Below the pieces are notes generated by a model. The model saw only the letters and a list, made by a program, of their open reading frames with translations. It made no database searches and had not been told where the DNA came from. DNA of 63,539 nucleotides, counting the filler, from Octopus bimaculoides (Eukaryota), in assembly GCF_001194135.2 (NCBI RefSeq). It is 4 parts of 4 records of this genome, joined end to end, with 100 filler letters (N's around TTAATTAATTAA, not from the genome) between each part and the next. Parts side by side here need not be neighbours in the genome. Positions count along the whole stretch, not along the records: positions 23,516 to 47,779 come from NC_068981.1; 3 more parts are not named here. The stretch is one strand, 5' to 3'. The stretch's first letter is position 1. Every line of letters begins with the position of its first letter. Positions 24,905 through 38,805 of the stretch are shown piece after piece. The position numbers were made by a program, and so were the translations under genes.

Positions 24905-25013
24905 ATCCGTGAAGGAACATGCATGTTGAGTTCAAAAACGGGGAGTGATGTTGGAGGACTTTACAATCAAGGTTTTTCTCAAGTTCATCATTTTGAATTG
25001 AAACCATTCTTAG
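24905..25013 (+). CDS. Candidate exon (IREGTCMLSSKTGSDVGGLYNQGFSQVHHFELKPFL)
   Basis: Long polypyrimidine tract ending TTTACAG, strong TAG|GTAAGT donor; one open frame; product unknown. Confidence 0.27.
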
Positions 25014-25624
25014 GTAAGTTAAATAATCAAATATTCTATTGTTAACTTACATAAAATCTGACGTTATCTTTTCTTTCAGACCTGCATACACAAATCTAAT
25101 ATATATATAAGCACATAATTTCGCTTTATTCAATTTTCTGGATGGGCGATAAGAAAATGGCTAAAATTTCTCTGTTGAAGAAATAAAGAAACGGAGATAG
25201 AAGAATACAAAGGCCTTATTATTTGTATTTTATACTATTAAACCTACGCAAGGGTGCAATTTGAGATTGAAGTGAGACTGAAATATAAAAGAAAATAGTC
25301 TTTGGTTCATTGTCCAACTGAATATAGCGTGTAGCTAAGGCAGTTTAATACAAAAGTAAGAGATGGAGGTGGATTACTACTAAAAGAATTTATGTCATAT
25401 TATGTTCTATTTATCTACTTAGCAAAGGTGTACATGAACACATTTGTATGTTCAATCTACAGCTTCTAATCGCTATCTCGGAATGTCTTGTTACACATAC
25501 TCATGCACACACACACAAACAACACACACACACCCGCACACAAACACACACACGCACAAGCACACATGCACACACACACGCACGCACACGCTTACAAACG
25601 CACACATTCATATATATCTTTATC

Positions 25625-25656
<32 letters not shown>

Positions 25657-26239
25657 CGCACACACACGAGCATACATCTACATATTTGAAAGAAAGAAAG
25701 AAAGAACGAAAGAAAGAGGGAGATGTGCGGTCGAACGGTTATGAAGTTCGCTTTACAATGATGAGTTCGATCCGAAAGCGTGACATCTTAAGCAAATTTC
25801 ATTTACATTGACCTCAGTTCACCCATACATATTCAGTGAAATTTGATCAACCGAAACTGTACACAAAATTGTCCAGTTGTTTGTATTTCTAATTCAAAGG
25901 GTACAACATTATTGCACATTGTGTTTCTGTATTACACTGATTCTGCTTCAAAATTATGTTAAGGGTAACAATGCCCGTCGAATGCTCAGTCATTTACTCA
26001 TTACTCCAGGGCTAGCTCATTCAAATGATTCAATATTTAAATTCTGATCGTTCTACGTCAGATATCTGTTGCTGCTATATTCTTAGGCCACGAGCAATAT
26101 GTGTCAGGTTGCGTGTCAGATTGCGGAACTTCGAGTGTGTATGTTTTGCTGTTTTCAATATTGTCAATTCTATGAGTGCCTATGTGTTTGTGAGTGTGTA
26201 TTTCCGCGTTCGGTACGTCTATTGTAAACTATAGTAAAG

Positions 26240-28373
26240 GACAGTTTACGCCGTTTTTATGAGCCCGCATCTAATGAAGTAGCCAGCCTTATGGTAGGTG
26301 ATCACCATACGAATCGTGATATTCTCATTGCTGTTCGAGGTAATACTCTTAAACGTGTTTCAGAGACTCATCCGTCTTATGATGCTCTCCAGTATCCTCT
26401 CTTTTTGTGGAATAGACAAGATGGGTATCATTTCAATATTCCACAGATTGAACCTGCATCAGGAGAGCCAATTATAAATAAAAAAAAGTGTCATCAAATG
26501 ACTTCTATTATTGCCATCTGATGTTAAGACAAGAACAATCAAATCAATTACACATATATCGTGATATATTTCAGCAATACCTGGTTGCTACGTATGCTAA
26601 AGTTGAGAGTCAGCGCCCCATTTATTTTCGTAGAAATAAAAAAAATAATTAAAAAACGCTAAGGTCTAAAAATTATGTTCATCTCCAAGATGCTCTGAAG
26701 ACAGATGGTGACATTCCGAACTGGGGCAACTTATAGTACTCCCATCACCATTCACAGGTGATCCTCGATATATGCACGAACGAACACTAGATGCTATGAC
26801 ATCTGTGAGGACATATGGAAAGCCACATCTTTTTCTCACTTTTACCTGCAATCCTACATGGGAGGAAATAAAATCGAACCTTCCTCCAGTGTTGCATCTT
26901 CTGTATTGCAGCTACCCTCCTCAATGGGGGTGAAACTGCTTATTCTATGTTCAAGCTCCCGCTAAACATAGCAATGAAAGAATCTCAAATGTGAAACATT
27001 TGGGAGTATTATAATTTCACCAATGTTTTTCATATCACCATCTTTCTTCAGAGCATCATGGAGATGAACATAATTTTTAGCCCTTAACTGTTTGTGACAG
27101 CTACAAATGTACAGGAGACGCTGACTCTTAACATTAGAATGCATATCAACCAGGTATTGAGGAAATAGATCACAAAACTTGCTTCATTGTTTGGGGTGAG
27201 TGCAATGTCACAGCGTGGATCTCGAAGACAAAAACTCTCCAAGACCTATCCTCCAAGTCATAAAAAAACAATTGCACTCTTGTGGGAGGAGTAACAGTTC
27301 TTCTTCCAGAGATTTTCGTCAAACGTTGTCGGTTATTCCCAAAGGATCAAAAGCTGATGGAGTCACTACATGCTTCAAAAAATCGTACCTCTGGAGACAT
27401 GTAAAGAAACTTCATCTTACAAGCAACATCAGAGTATTTCTACAAAGTGATCATACGAGTTCCTTAAGATTGGTAATGGGATATTAACATTAAATTCAAG
27501 ACTTCAGCTACATGAAATTACATGCAGTCAAATGATACTTTCTCTTGGGAATCTTATCGATAAAGAATTTCCTAATCTATCTGTCAACTACACTGATGTA
27601 AGCTAGCAATGTGAAACAGCAATACTAGCTGCAACTAATGGAATGGTTGATAAACTCAATCATGAACTCCGTCAAAAGTTAACAGATACATCAGAAACGA
27701 CAACAGTCGATCAATATTAGTTTGTTCAATACCCTGTTGAATTTCTGAACACGCTTAAACCCACTGGGATGCCACCGCATAACTTTACACTAAAACTGGG
27801 TGCTCCCATTATGCTGCTTAGGAATTTTGACCCATCTCACCTGTGTAATGGAACTCCCTTAATTGTTACTTCTATGAAGCCCCATGTCCTACAGGCAACA
27901 ATCATAGCAAGTAGTCGCAAAGAAGAAAATGTCTTTATTCCAAAATTTCCTCTCATATCTTCTGATGTTACATTTGAATTTAAGACGCTTCAGTTTCCAG
28001 TCAAACTAAGCTTTGGTTTTCCACTTAACAAATCTCAGGGTCAATCCCTCTAGTTAGTTGCATTTTATCTTTCTACTATATGCTTCTCAAACGGCCACCA
28101 CTATCTTGCTTGCATGCGAGTTGGAAGCAGCAACAATTTGTTCATTTTGACACCAACAGAAAATTACACAATGAATATTGTTTACTGTGAGGTACTTCAA
28201 CATTGACAGATTTTCAGTTCGAAAGTCAATTATCGTTACAATTTGGATAATTTTTAATGAAATCTCAATATTTTGAAATATTTATGAGAATATATCTTTA
28301 TATTTATTGTTTACTAATCTGAATTCTGAATAAGAACAGCAGTAACACGAGCAACGGCGAGTCATTCAACTAG
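26240..28373 (+). mobile_element. Internally deleted, decayed Helitron (Rep and PIF1-like helicase fragments, 3' CTAG)
   Basis: LKRVSETHPSYDALQYPL; PSPFTGDPRYMHERTLDAMTSVRTYGKPHLFLTFTCNPTW (Rep); DFRQTLSVIPKG..LWRHVKKLHLTSN; MPPHNFTLKLGAPIMLLRNFDP..LCNGT; QFPVKLSF..NKSQGQSL; CTAG|T at 28370-28374 after an imperfect GC hairpin. Confidence 0.93.
26962..27144 (-). mobile_element. Inverted Helitron Rep-region fragment inside the Helitron
   Basis: VKSQRLLYI..KQLRAKNYVHLHDALKKDGDMKNIGEIIILP is homologous to the + strand AKVESQRPIY..RSKNYVHLQDALKTDGD..ELGQLIVLP at ~26595-26750. Confidence 0.8.
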
Positions 28374-28598
28374 TATATATATATATATATATATATATNN
28401 NNNNNNNNNNNNNNNNNNNNNNNNNNNNNNNNNNNNNNNNNNNNNNNNNNNNNNNNNNNNNNNNNNNNNNNNNNNNNNNNNNNNNNNNNNNNNNNNNNNN
28501 NNNNNNNNNNNNNNNNNNNNNNNNNNNNNNNNNNNNNNNNNNNNNNNNNNNNNNNNNNNNNNNNNNNNNNNNNNNNNNNNNNNNNNNNNNNNGTGTGT

Positions 28599-28630
<32 letters not shown>

Positions 28631-28635
<5 letters not shown>

Positions 28636-28720
28636 GAAACTTCATCTTACAAGCAACATCAGAGTACTTCTACAAAGTGATCATAAGACCTCCGTAAGAT
28701 TGGTAATGGGAGATTAACAT
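28631..28720 (+). repeat. 90-bp diverged copy of Helitron helicase segment 27401-27490
   Basis: Direct alignment; a handful of substitutions. Confidence 0.88.
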
Positions 28721-28721
28721 A

Positions 28722-28825
28722 TATACACGAGGAGCTGCTTTCAGTTTCTATCCACCAAAACTACACGGACATATAATAGAAAACACTTGCCCGAGGTGCC
28801 CTACACCACTTGGTTGGTAAGCGTA
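28722..28825 (-). mobile_element. SINE family A, degenerate partial copy
   Basis: CTTTCAGTTTCTATCCACCAAA..AGAAAACACTTGCCCGAGGTGCC matches the family A head region. Confidence 0.65.
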
Positions 28826-29574
28826 GGCTTAGTTGTGCGTGTGTGTGCATACATGTACCTCGCTTGTGTGTCAAGAGAATTATGTCCCTCTTTGCTAAGT
28901 CACCAAATATTCTTTTTTTCTGATTCAATTATATAAGCTTCAATTAAAGGTAGCGTTTGTTTTAGTCAAATGTAAAATATTTTGAGCGATATTCTATTAC
29001 AAATGACATAATTCAAGAATACGTATCAAATATTATATACTCAAAATAGGTAATTAGGCGTTATTTTCTTTGCACTTAATGTAGAGGTTTCTATTTTTCC
29101 TTATTTCAAAATTCATGGAATTGATGTAGAATAGTTTTCATTAACTAGTGTATTTCGATCTTTATAATTTGAAGGAAATTCTAATTTTGTTTCTACAAAA
29201 TTCATTAATCTAACTTTCAAATTACTTTAAAATATATGTCAGGATTTAATTAAATTTTATTTTTTGCATGTAGCTCATCAGTAACAATGTGAATAAAGAA
29301 GAAATAATGCTGGCAGTCATAATCGTTGTGGCTCAAAGTTTCGGCTTTATTGTTGCAAGAAATTGAAAAAGTTTTGCTCTTTATAGTCGATAATAAAACC
29401 GTGATTATACGGTAACTTGCCTAAAATTCGGCTAACGTTTATTTCTTTCTTTTCTATTTAAAACTTAAAATAATTACATAAAGGTTTTAATCACTGTATT
29501 TTCCGAAACATCAAAGGTAACACAAAATACTTTTTCGGGTTAGTATGCTAAGCACAACACCGGGGAGGTGCTCC

Positions 29575-29579
29575 CTCTC

Positions 29580-29636
<57 letters not shown>

Positions 29637-29637
29637 C

Positions 29638-29681
<44 letters not shown>

Positions 29682-29700
29682 CCTATTTATCTATATATCT
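29575..29700. repeat. (CT)n plus (TCTA)n microsatellite
   Basis: Direct reading. Confidence 0.95.
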
Positions 29701-32700
29701 ATTTGGCAATCTATCTCTCCTCTCTTGTTTTCATTTTGACATTTTACATTACAAAAACAAAATATTTTAATGCCATTACTATTTATTCCTTTAGATATTG
29801 CAATCATGTTTCTTACTTGGATCTTAGTTTCAAGTATTTCAAATCACGCTATCTTCAAGTATTCTGCGATTTAATTTTAAGTGATACGTAAGTAGGAGTC
29901 ACGCTAATTTATGTAAAATAGTTATATAATTAATTTAATCGATGACACTACTGAATATCATATATTTTTTTTTCTCGTGAGATGTTTACATGTTTCAAGC
30001 TTAATCACGATGAGTGAAATTAAACGCTATCTGGGATATTTCAGTCACTTTAATAACATACTTTCATATGTAACTTTAATATATTTCGTGGATATATGCA
30101 AGATTTTAGCGAAAATGCGGGTTAATATATAATAGCCATTTCTTCGTGTCTTTTTTACCTCACCCTTCATTTTCTTTCCTCACATTGCTTCCTGTCTATG
30201 GCTGTTTCTCTTCATCCTTAATTTCTATAATACTCCACCAATATTCTTTCCAACTTCCTCCAATCCTTCCCATTTGTATTTTACAAATTTTGGGTTCAGG
30301 CTTGCTTGAAGCATGCCATAAATTTTTTCCCGCTGAAAATGGTGATGAGGCCCTCTAAAAAGTTTATATATTTTCATACAACTCTATCTGAAATACGTTC
30401 AGTGTCATGTGCTAATGTTTCTCAGAACTTGCATCACGTTTTATAATGAATTTATCAACATGAATTTATCAACAATTTATCGCTTTGAAAAAATTTATCA
30501 ACAATTTATCGCTTTGAAAAAATTTAAGTTTAATTAAAACCATTTAGTGGTTACTGACTATATTTATTAAACATATCCAATTATAACATTTATCAATTAC
30601 ATCACTCATCAATTACACTACTGTTTTTTCACTCTCGCTATGATATTCATCAGATTTAATTCGCGGATATTTTGTAAGTTAAAACGAAAATACACTATGT
30701 ATATAGACAACATGCGCATCACTGCTGATTTGGTTCAAACTGATACATTTAGGTTGCGATTTTACAATTTTTATCCTCTTTGTGACATCAGGATGACATT
30801 TTCCCCATTCCAGTTTGGACTGGTGAGATTCAAACAATTAATGTTCAAATCAATTGACTTTTTCTGAGTGATAGTGATATGAGATGACTAAGTGACTTTT
30901 TTGCATAAGGTTTTGTTTTATTATATTTTATTATTTGTTTTATTAGTTTTGTTTTATTATGTAGAAATAATCTTCATATTAGAAACAATGAACGGCAAGT
31001 GCGACAGCCTCGCTACTCCCAACAACATTAACAATTTTAAAAAGTGGAATACCTTCTGTTGCATACCGAAGTAAAGTTACAAATTACGCCAGAAATTATC
31101 CATCGATCTGCATTCAGGGTATGATTATTTCGCTCGTCGTTTTCTTTTTCTGATTTTTTTATATTCAAAATAATTTTATACTCGCTTAAAAAGATAGAAT
31201 ACGTAGTGAAGGAAATATGGCAGTTAGTTCTAGTAGGTCACAATTTAACATACAATCATCACTTCTAAATTCTCAGATACTAAAGAACACTATTACATCA
31301 CTAACCTCAAATAATATTAAATAATATAATGAACACTTAACAATGACATATTCGAAGGTGCATAATAATTGCGATGACAGAATCTGCATTATCTACAATG
31401 GCTGTACTCCACCCCAAATGTACACACATTACAACTTTCTGCTATTTTAATATGACAGCTCAGTTAGGGTAACCTACCGATAACAGGAGTACGAAGATAA
31501 ATAGGACAGAAGAGGGAATATATGCCCTGTCTTATATACTGCATCCCCTGTATCTCCTTTCTATATAATTGTATGTGACAACATCAACTTTATCCAAGAA
31601 GAGGTATGACATATCTGGAACGATAAATATGTGGCATTAAACCTATATCTTCAGTTCACTGCCTGTTAACTGAGTCAAAACTAAAAAGTACTACACAACA
31701 TTGTCATTCTCAGTGTATCGAGTAATTAACTCTTTGTTTACGGTTCTTGATTAATTATGCATTTCTTCGCCTCTAAGTCTTAACTTTCTCGTATATTCTA
31801 TTGAATCCCTTTCCCTAAAAACCTCATTTGCATTTATTGCTAAATGATTGAAAAAGGAACTATCAGTTACATGAATACCAAAACACCTTGTTTTACCAAT
31901 ATAGATAATGAATTTTGCTGCAGCATGGCTGCAGTTAAATGACTAAACTATGTAACAGAGTAAGTAAATTTAGTTTAAGAATCCGACATAAGGTAAACAC
32001 AAAATTGCCATTTACATTTAAAGGGACGCTGACATTTGTTCACTGCAGTAAACGGAAGTTTCAGTTAATATATTTTTGTACTTGATTCTGACAGATTAAA
32101 TCTTAGAATTGCACGAAACTAATCATTGTAGAATTACTTTTTATAACTGCTGATATCAAGACAAAGAAACATAAACACACAAACAAAATGAAGCAATTTT
32201 ACTTTCTACGCTCAAAACAACAACGAAACACAATCAACACGCTTTGGCAAACGGACAATAATGCTGATTTTCAAACACATGTTCACACATGCATATGAAG
32301 CATCTATTTCCTTTTAAATTCATCAAATTTAAAATAGTTGCTCTAAAGCAGTGATAAATTGAAATGAATTCGAGTTTACATTAATTTAAACCTTATGAAA
32401 AAATGGCAATAACATTAACAGCAATAAAAAACACATTCAATAGCAAACTTTTTGTCACTTTATGAGCTGGTTTATAGTTTATGATAAAAATATTCAAATG
32501 ACAATCTTTGTTAATTTCTTGTATTTTTTAAAGAGAAATTTGATGTGAACTGGCATGATATTAAAGCAGATATCATAGTGCGCTGATGGAGTCACATCTG
32601 CATATGGACTCTAATTACGTTTCCTAATCAAAACGGGTTTTTCAAATATTCGTTAAATGCCTAATAGGAACAGATAAAAAAAAAATACAGCAACATTTCT

Positions 32701-33352
32701 ATGTAATAAAGATTAAATTATAATTTTGCTTGAGAGATACCTAAGAAGCTGTTGAAACACGAGATATTTTATTATCTAGAAAATTAAAAAGTAAACTAAA
32801 TATTGTGTAACTGCTGCAGCGTTTGTTCAAATATTGAAGTTGTGCTTTCCCCTCTGTTTTTTTTTTTGATTTTTTTTTCATTCCGACATTATCTCTTTTA
32901 TTGTAGATGTTTTTTACGAATGAAGAAATTATTCTTTATAGCAATAGTAATAAGACTGAAGGAACGTAACGGAGTAAATTGTTGTTGTTTAGTCCATAGT
33001 TAGCCTTGAACCAGACCTACAATCAATATATTTTCAAGTATCACGACGCCGTTGTCCAATGTATGTAATGTATTTTCAAGGAGATAAAACTCAGTTCGGG
33101 AGAGATTTGGGAGTTTTTATCAATTCAAATTACCATGAAGAGGCACACTCATATATGTATGTATGTATGGTGTAGATGGACCATACAATTTCCAAGATTT
33201 TAACTGAACATTTAATGAAATTTTATGGGATGATCTCTAATTTATTTCAGTATTTTATGCACGTCAATGAAATGCATTTAAATTAAATATGGAATGAATA
33301 GCTGAGTATTAAACAGTGATGATAAAATAGAAACTAATGAATTGAAACATAT

Positions 33353-33647
33353 TCTTTTCTACTCTAGGCACAAGGCCCGAAATTTTTGGGGAGGGGGCCA
33401 GTCGATTAGATCAACCCCAGTACGCAACTGGAACTTAATTTATCGACTTTGCCTTTCATCCTTTTCGGGGAGGGGGTCAGTCGATTAAATCGACGCCAGT
33501 ACGCAACATGTACTTAATTTATCGACCCCGAAAAGTATGAAAGGCAAAGTCGACCTCGGCGGAATTTGAACTCAGAACGTAAAAACAGACGAAATACCGC
33601 AAAGCATTTCGCCCGGCGTGCTAACGTTTCTGCCTGCTCACCGCCTT
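33353..33647 (-). mobile_element. SINE family B, near full length with an internal tandem duplication
   Basis: GGGGAGGGGG(C/T)CAGTCGATTA(G/A)ATC..CCAGTACGCAAC..TTAATTTATCGAC occurs twice (~33388-33447, ~33467-33527). Confidence 0.88.
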
Positions 33648-34444
33648 CAATGAATTGAAATATATTTCCAACCTATTTCACTGAACCACCTTTATATTAT
33701 TACGACACAGATTATAGGTAGTAACTAATATAAAACAATGATCTAATTTTATTTTATATATTATTTTATATATTATTTTATATATTATTTTATATATTAG
33801 CACCTATCAGTTTTACAGCTTTATTCAATTTTCTTTTTCCATGCATACCATTCATAAAAGCAATCTTGTTCAGCAATACAGGTGCATAAAATGCATGCAA
33901 ATGACGTATTGTTGATTTTTGCTACTATAATTTCACTGCTATGATCACCATTTAGTATGTACCTGGTAGCCAAAGTAGATTATGCAGAAAGAAAGATTGT
34001 CGTATGATATAAGGAATTGTAGTAATTCGGCTGACAACTTCTTTCAAAGTTTTTATCTTTACAAGTGACTTGAAAATGGAGTTAACTTCAAAATTCTTCT
34101 GTATTTTCGTATAATGATGTAATACTCATCTCCCATGTTTCATAAATTTCTATCTTGCTGTTGGTATTTCACTGTCTTCCACTGTAAAATTACATTTAAC
34201 GCTTAGTCATGCACTTTAGTTCAGTTAGCGCAAAGCTTAGATGAACAATTTATATTATTCCCGAGGTAATGAATATCCTGTGGTGTCGTATATGCGAAGA
34301 GTATAAAAAAATATCAAGTTCGTGCATGAAATTTCTCGACAGATGCTATTGAATATTGCTCCTGAGTATCTTGGGAATTTAAAGCTATCATCGATTAAGA
34401 AGCAGTGCGCATTCTCTCTATGTCTATCAATTTTCATTATTCTC

Positions 34445-34626
<182 letters not shown>

Positions 34627-34734
34627 ATTCGTTAAATCTTTCATTACTTCTGCCGCTATGTTGTGAGATCAGCTCTAAAGATACCAAGAAGCAACCATTT
34701 ATTCAGTCACGTTGATTTTATACCAGCAAAACAG

Positions 34735-34998
34735 ATCCCGGCGGTGCGTTGTATCATTGAACAAGACACTTTATTTCACATTACTCCTATCCACTCACCT
34801 GGCAAAAATAAGTAGCACCTGTATTTCCATTGGTCAGCCTTGTCACATTCTGTGTTACACTGAACCTCTGTGGGATCTACGTTAAGGATACGCTGTCTGC
34901 AGAGTGCTCAGCTACTTGCACGTTAATGTCACGAGCCGGCTTTCTATTCATCGAATCACTTGGAGCATTTGTCATCATAATCAACGGAGTGCCAGTAT
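34735..34998 (+). mobile_element. SINE family C, diverged
   Basis: CAGCCTTGTCACA..ACGTTAAGGATAC..GAGTGCTCAGCTACTTGCACGTTAAT..ACGGAGTGCC is the reverse complement of the core at 51425-51600. Confidence 0.75.
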
Positions 34999-35782
34999 AT
35001 AGACAAAACATATTTAGTAACATGTTACCCTTTTCCAAAGTGAAGTTACCAACATTTTGCAATTTATGCAATTGTATCTGTACGAAATGGGTCTACAATA
35101 GTTTTTCCATAGATGACCGGTCTGATACGTGTCTATAACTCTAGTAGCGCTACAACATATCTGACTGGCCTATACAGGTCTTGTATGTATGGTGTGTGAT
35201 CTTGTGAGTGAATGTGCAACGCATACATAAATTAGTTTTCTTGCGATGGCGAAAATGGTGACGATGATACAGCGAGTGATATTCTTTTGATGCTGCTAAC
35301 CTTACTACTGCTGTTTGCAATAACAATGAGTAAGCGAGTTGTTCTACCGGTCATATTGCACTCAGACCACTGACTGCGGTCATTGTAAAACTATTGTTTG
35401 TTCTGCTTAAGTTTGTGGAATTGAAGCTGACATTATCTCTGCTCTTATTACTTTACTTTTAACGAGAGATTGAGTTTAATCTGCAAACGCATGTACCATA
35501 ATCTTCATCGAGCAAGAGGTCTTTCTCTTTCGTTTATCTTTCTCACTTGTTCACTCCTTGTAATTTTAGGTGCTATGATGTGTGTGTTAACAATCACTTA
35601 TAACAGAATATTGTGAAAAAATGTTTCATTTTCTGAAGACCAAACCAAGAAAATACTCTTCACTCCTTTTCCTAGTAAAAGGTGCCTCAAAATGTTCAAC
35701 AACAATTGAAATTCCCAAGTACCTTAAACAGCAACATCATTCATAATTGGGGCGGCAATATTATTCGAACTCAGTTCACACA

Positions 35783-35797
35783 TCAGTAGTAGTAGTG

Positions 35798-35853
<56 letters not shown>

Positions 35854-35868
35854 TGTTGTAGTAGTAGC

Positions 35869-35947
<79 letters not shown>
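35783..35947. repeat. (AGT)n microsatellite
   Basis: Direct reading; gives the spurious poly-V/L/T/Y ORFs. Confidence 0.97.
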
Positions 35948-37341
35948 ATGCCACAATAGCAACACGTTAGGAGCCATTTTAAAGGTAAATTATAAAAAAA
36001 TATGTTGCAAGGAGAAATGTGAAACACTAAAGACATTTACGAAGTTAAAAACAAGTCACAAACAAAAAGTAAGATATGGAGTTCCATGCAAAAATAATGA
36101 TAAGAATTTTAAAAAACTAATACATTGTTGAAAATTAAGCAAAATTGAACAGAATCGAAATATGCTAATAAAAATTCGGAGAACTCGAGATGAGCAGAGC
36201 TCAAATCAGATCTCCGTTACGGATAGGAACACAATTTTCCCATCAGTTGCTACGAAATGCTTCAAAGGATTGTGGCGCCCATTTTCTGGAAATTACATCA
36301 GCATTATGAAATAAATGCAGATGGAGAGGTTAAAAACTTAAAACAGACAATGGTTACAGGACTAACAATGCGACTATACTCTGAGATATCCAAGACTACA
36401 TACGCAAGGTGATTAACGCCAAACCAGAATATACTGATGTCTCATACCCTTAAATATTTCAATGGTTTCGAAACAAAATATTAAACCAAGCATATCATAA
36501 AGTTATTCCATGATATAGACCCAAATACCTCAAGGCATTTTGTCTCATAATTTAACCATTCTGCCAAATCAACACCTGCTATTACGATTAAAATATCAAA
36601 ACAAATAATAATTCTCTTCCAGACATTCAGATTTTCTATTATGCGTTTAATTCCTATATATTAGCATACACGAAGAATATGCGATTTAACTAATAAGAAT
36701 GCAAACTATATATTTCAAATGTTACAGAGAGATTATGGTGGAATCAAATCGGCCCCAAAGGAATAAACAATAACTTATCTTCAATCTTGTTCAGACAATA
36801 TATTCCTGAAGCATTTTATTGTTTGATTTCTACGATTTAGCGCCTATTTTCATTTTCTACTTTTATTTTTGTTGATTTCACTTTCATTGTGCTTTATTCT
36901 CCAGAATACGTTTAGTTTTCGACAACAAGATGCAAAGGCGTGAATATATGTTATATTTTTACATTTTTTGTGTGTGTCTAGGCAAGTATAATGAATTCAT
37001 GTATGTCGTTGCATGTATGATTTTAGTATGCAAGTATGTATATGTATGTATATATGTGAGTATTATGTACTTTTACGTAAATATATATATGCCAATATAA
37101 TTAACACACACACAGCTTCAACTTCACTCATTCACTAAATATCCGACTGTTTTCACTCAGGTTTTTCATTGCTTTTTGCAACCTTCTCAGTGACTATCGA
37201 CTTAGTCCGTTATAGAGACCGTGTTTGTTTGTTTAAGATTTTGTTGTGTGCGAGTATATGTTAGTATGTCTGTATATACGCATATATATACAATATATAT
37301 ATATAAACATATATATATATATATATATACATGCAGACATA

Positions 37342-37435
<94 letters not shown>

Positions 37436-37620
37436 TGTGTGTGTGTGCGTGTATGTGTGCGTGTGTATGTATGTGTGTATATACAACTAGATCTCACAAC
37501 TCAGGGTGGGTACCTGCATGCCATAATCAAGTACCTGCATGCCTGGACAACTACGTTACCTAGAAACAATTGCAGTGATTGGAAATAAATGTCGAACCAT
37601 AAATGTGTGTTTGTGTGTGC

Positions 37621-38805
37621 AAAGGAAAGAAAAAGGTCAATAAATACTTGCTATTACATTTTTAATCAACCTAATATGAACCGTTTTGTTGCACAATGCG
37701 TCTCCATTTTTCCTTTAACTTGAAAATACCCTCTTCCCAGAATTGAGATGGTTTCATGGCAAAAAATTCATCACGGTATCTTTTTACGACATCCAAGGAA
37801 TTGAAATTTTTACTATTAAGACTATCCTGCAGAGATCTGAATAAGTGGAATTCCGAAGGAACAATATCTGGTGAATATGGAGGGTGGGATAACACATCCC
37901 AGCCGTGCTGCAGCAATTGTTGTCTGGTTCCCAAAAGAAACGTGTGGTCTTGCATTATCATGTTGGAAAGCAACGGCCTTCCTGTTGGCGAATTCTGGAC
38001 GTGTCTCTTCAGTTGCTGTTTTTAACTCGTTCAGTTGTGTGCAGTATTTCTCAGAATTAATTGTCTGGTTACTTGGGAGAAGCTCATAGTACAGAATTCC
38101 TTTCCAACCCCACCAGACACAAAGCAAAACTTTTTTAGGGTGAAGACCCGCTTTTGGGGTGGCTAAGAGTGGCTCATGTCGCTTACTCCAGGATCACTTT
38201 CTCTGAACATTTCGGTAGATAATCCATTTCTCATCACATGTCACAATTTGCTTTAAAAAAGGCATGTTTTCATTCCGTTTATAAAGCGAATCACAGATGG
38301 AAATGCGATCCAAAAGGTTCTTCTTACTCAACTCATGTGGTACCCAAATATCGTAGCGATTTGTGTACCCAATCTTTACCAGGAGCTCATGAACGATGGA
38401 TTTTGATAGGTTGAGGCTTTCTGCCAATTCTCGGGTTGTGCAATGTGGGTTATTCTCAATTAATGACTTGATTTGGTTATCATCTGTAGTGGATGGTCTG
38501 CCTGCTCGCTCGTTATCAATAAGGCTACAATCTCCAGCTCGGAACCTTGCGAACCACTTCCGTACAGTTCTTTCGGATAACGAAACATTACCGTAAACTG
38601 CGTATATTTCTTTGGTTGCTTTCTCCCTTTACGGGAAAAGAAAAGCATCAAGTGCCGAAAATGAACTTTCTTATCTTCCATGTTAAAGGGTTACAGAATT
38701 AATACAGGTCATAGGAACATAAACGTTCTTCCACGAAAATATAGCTTAAACTGTGCTCTAAATAGAGATGTAATCAAATCCTGTTTTATGGACTCAACCA
38801 TGTTC
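37621..38805 (-). mobile_element. Second copy of the mellifera-like mariner, lacking the 3' TIR and running into a gap
   Basis: Colinear with 8040-9230; MEDKKVHFRHLMLFF, WVPHEL, TCDEKW, FQHDNARPH, PYSPDIVPSEFHLF; frameshifted. Confidence 0.95.

Noticed and set aside
25755-25785. ATGATGAG...CCGAAAG, hammerhead or C-box look-alike
   Set aside because: The core lacks the CUGA start, helix II does not pair, and there is no matching D box.
30460-30530. Short tandem duplications (also the 12-bp x4 unit at ~33748-33800)
   Set aside because: Ordinary slippage in AT-rich DNA.
33960-34185. Minus-strand segment with a good acceptor
   Set aside because: Stops in all three frames soon after the acceptor.
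35290-35329. Signal-peptide-like first exon MLLTLLLLFAITM with a TGA|GTAAGC donor
   Set aside because: Short CTG/CTA low-complexity sequence; no compatible downstream exon found.
36240-36410. Open frame CYEMLQRIVAPIFWKLHQHYEIN...TYAR
   Set aside because: Only a vague resemblance to RT motifs; no convincing family assignment.
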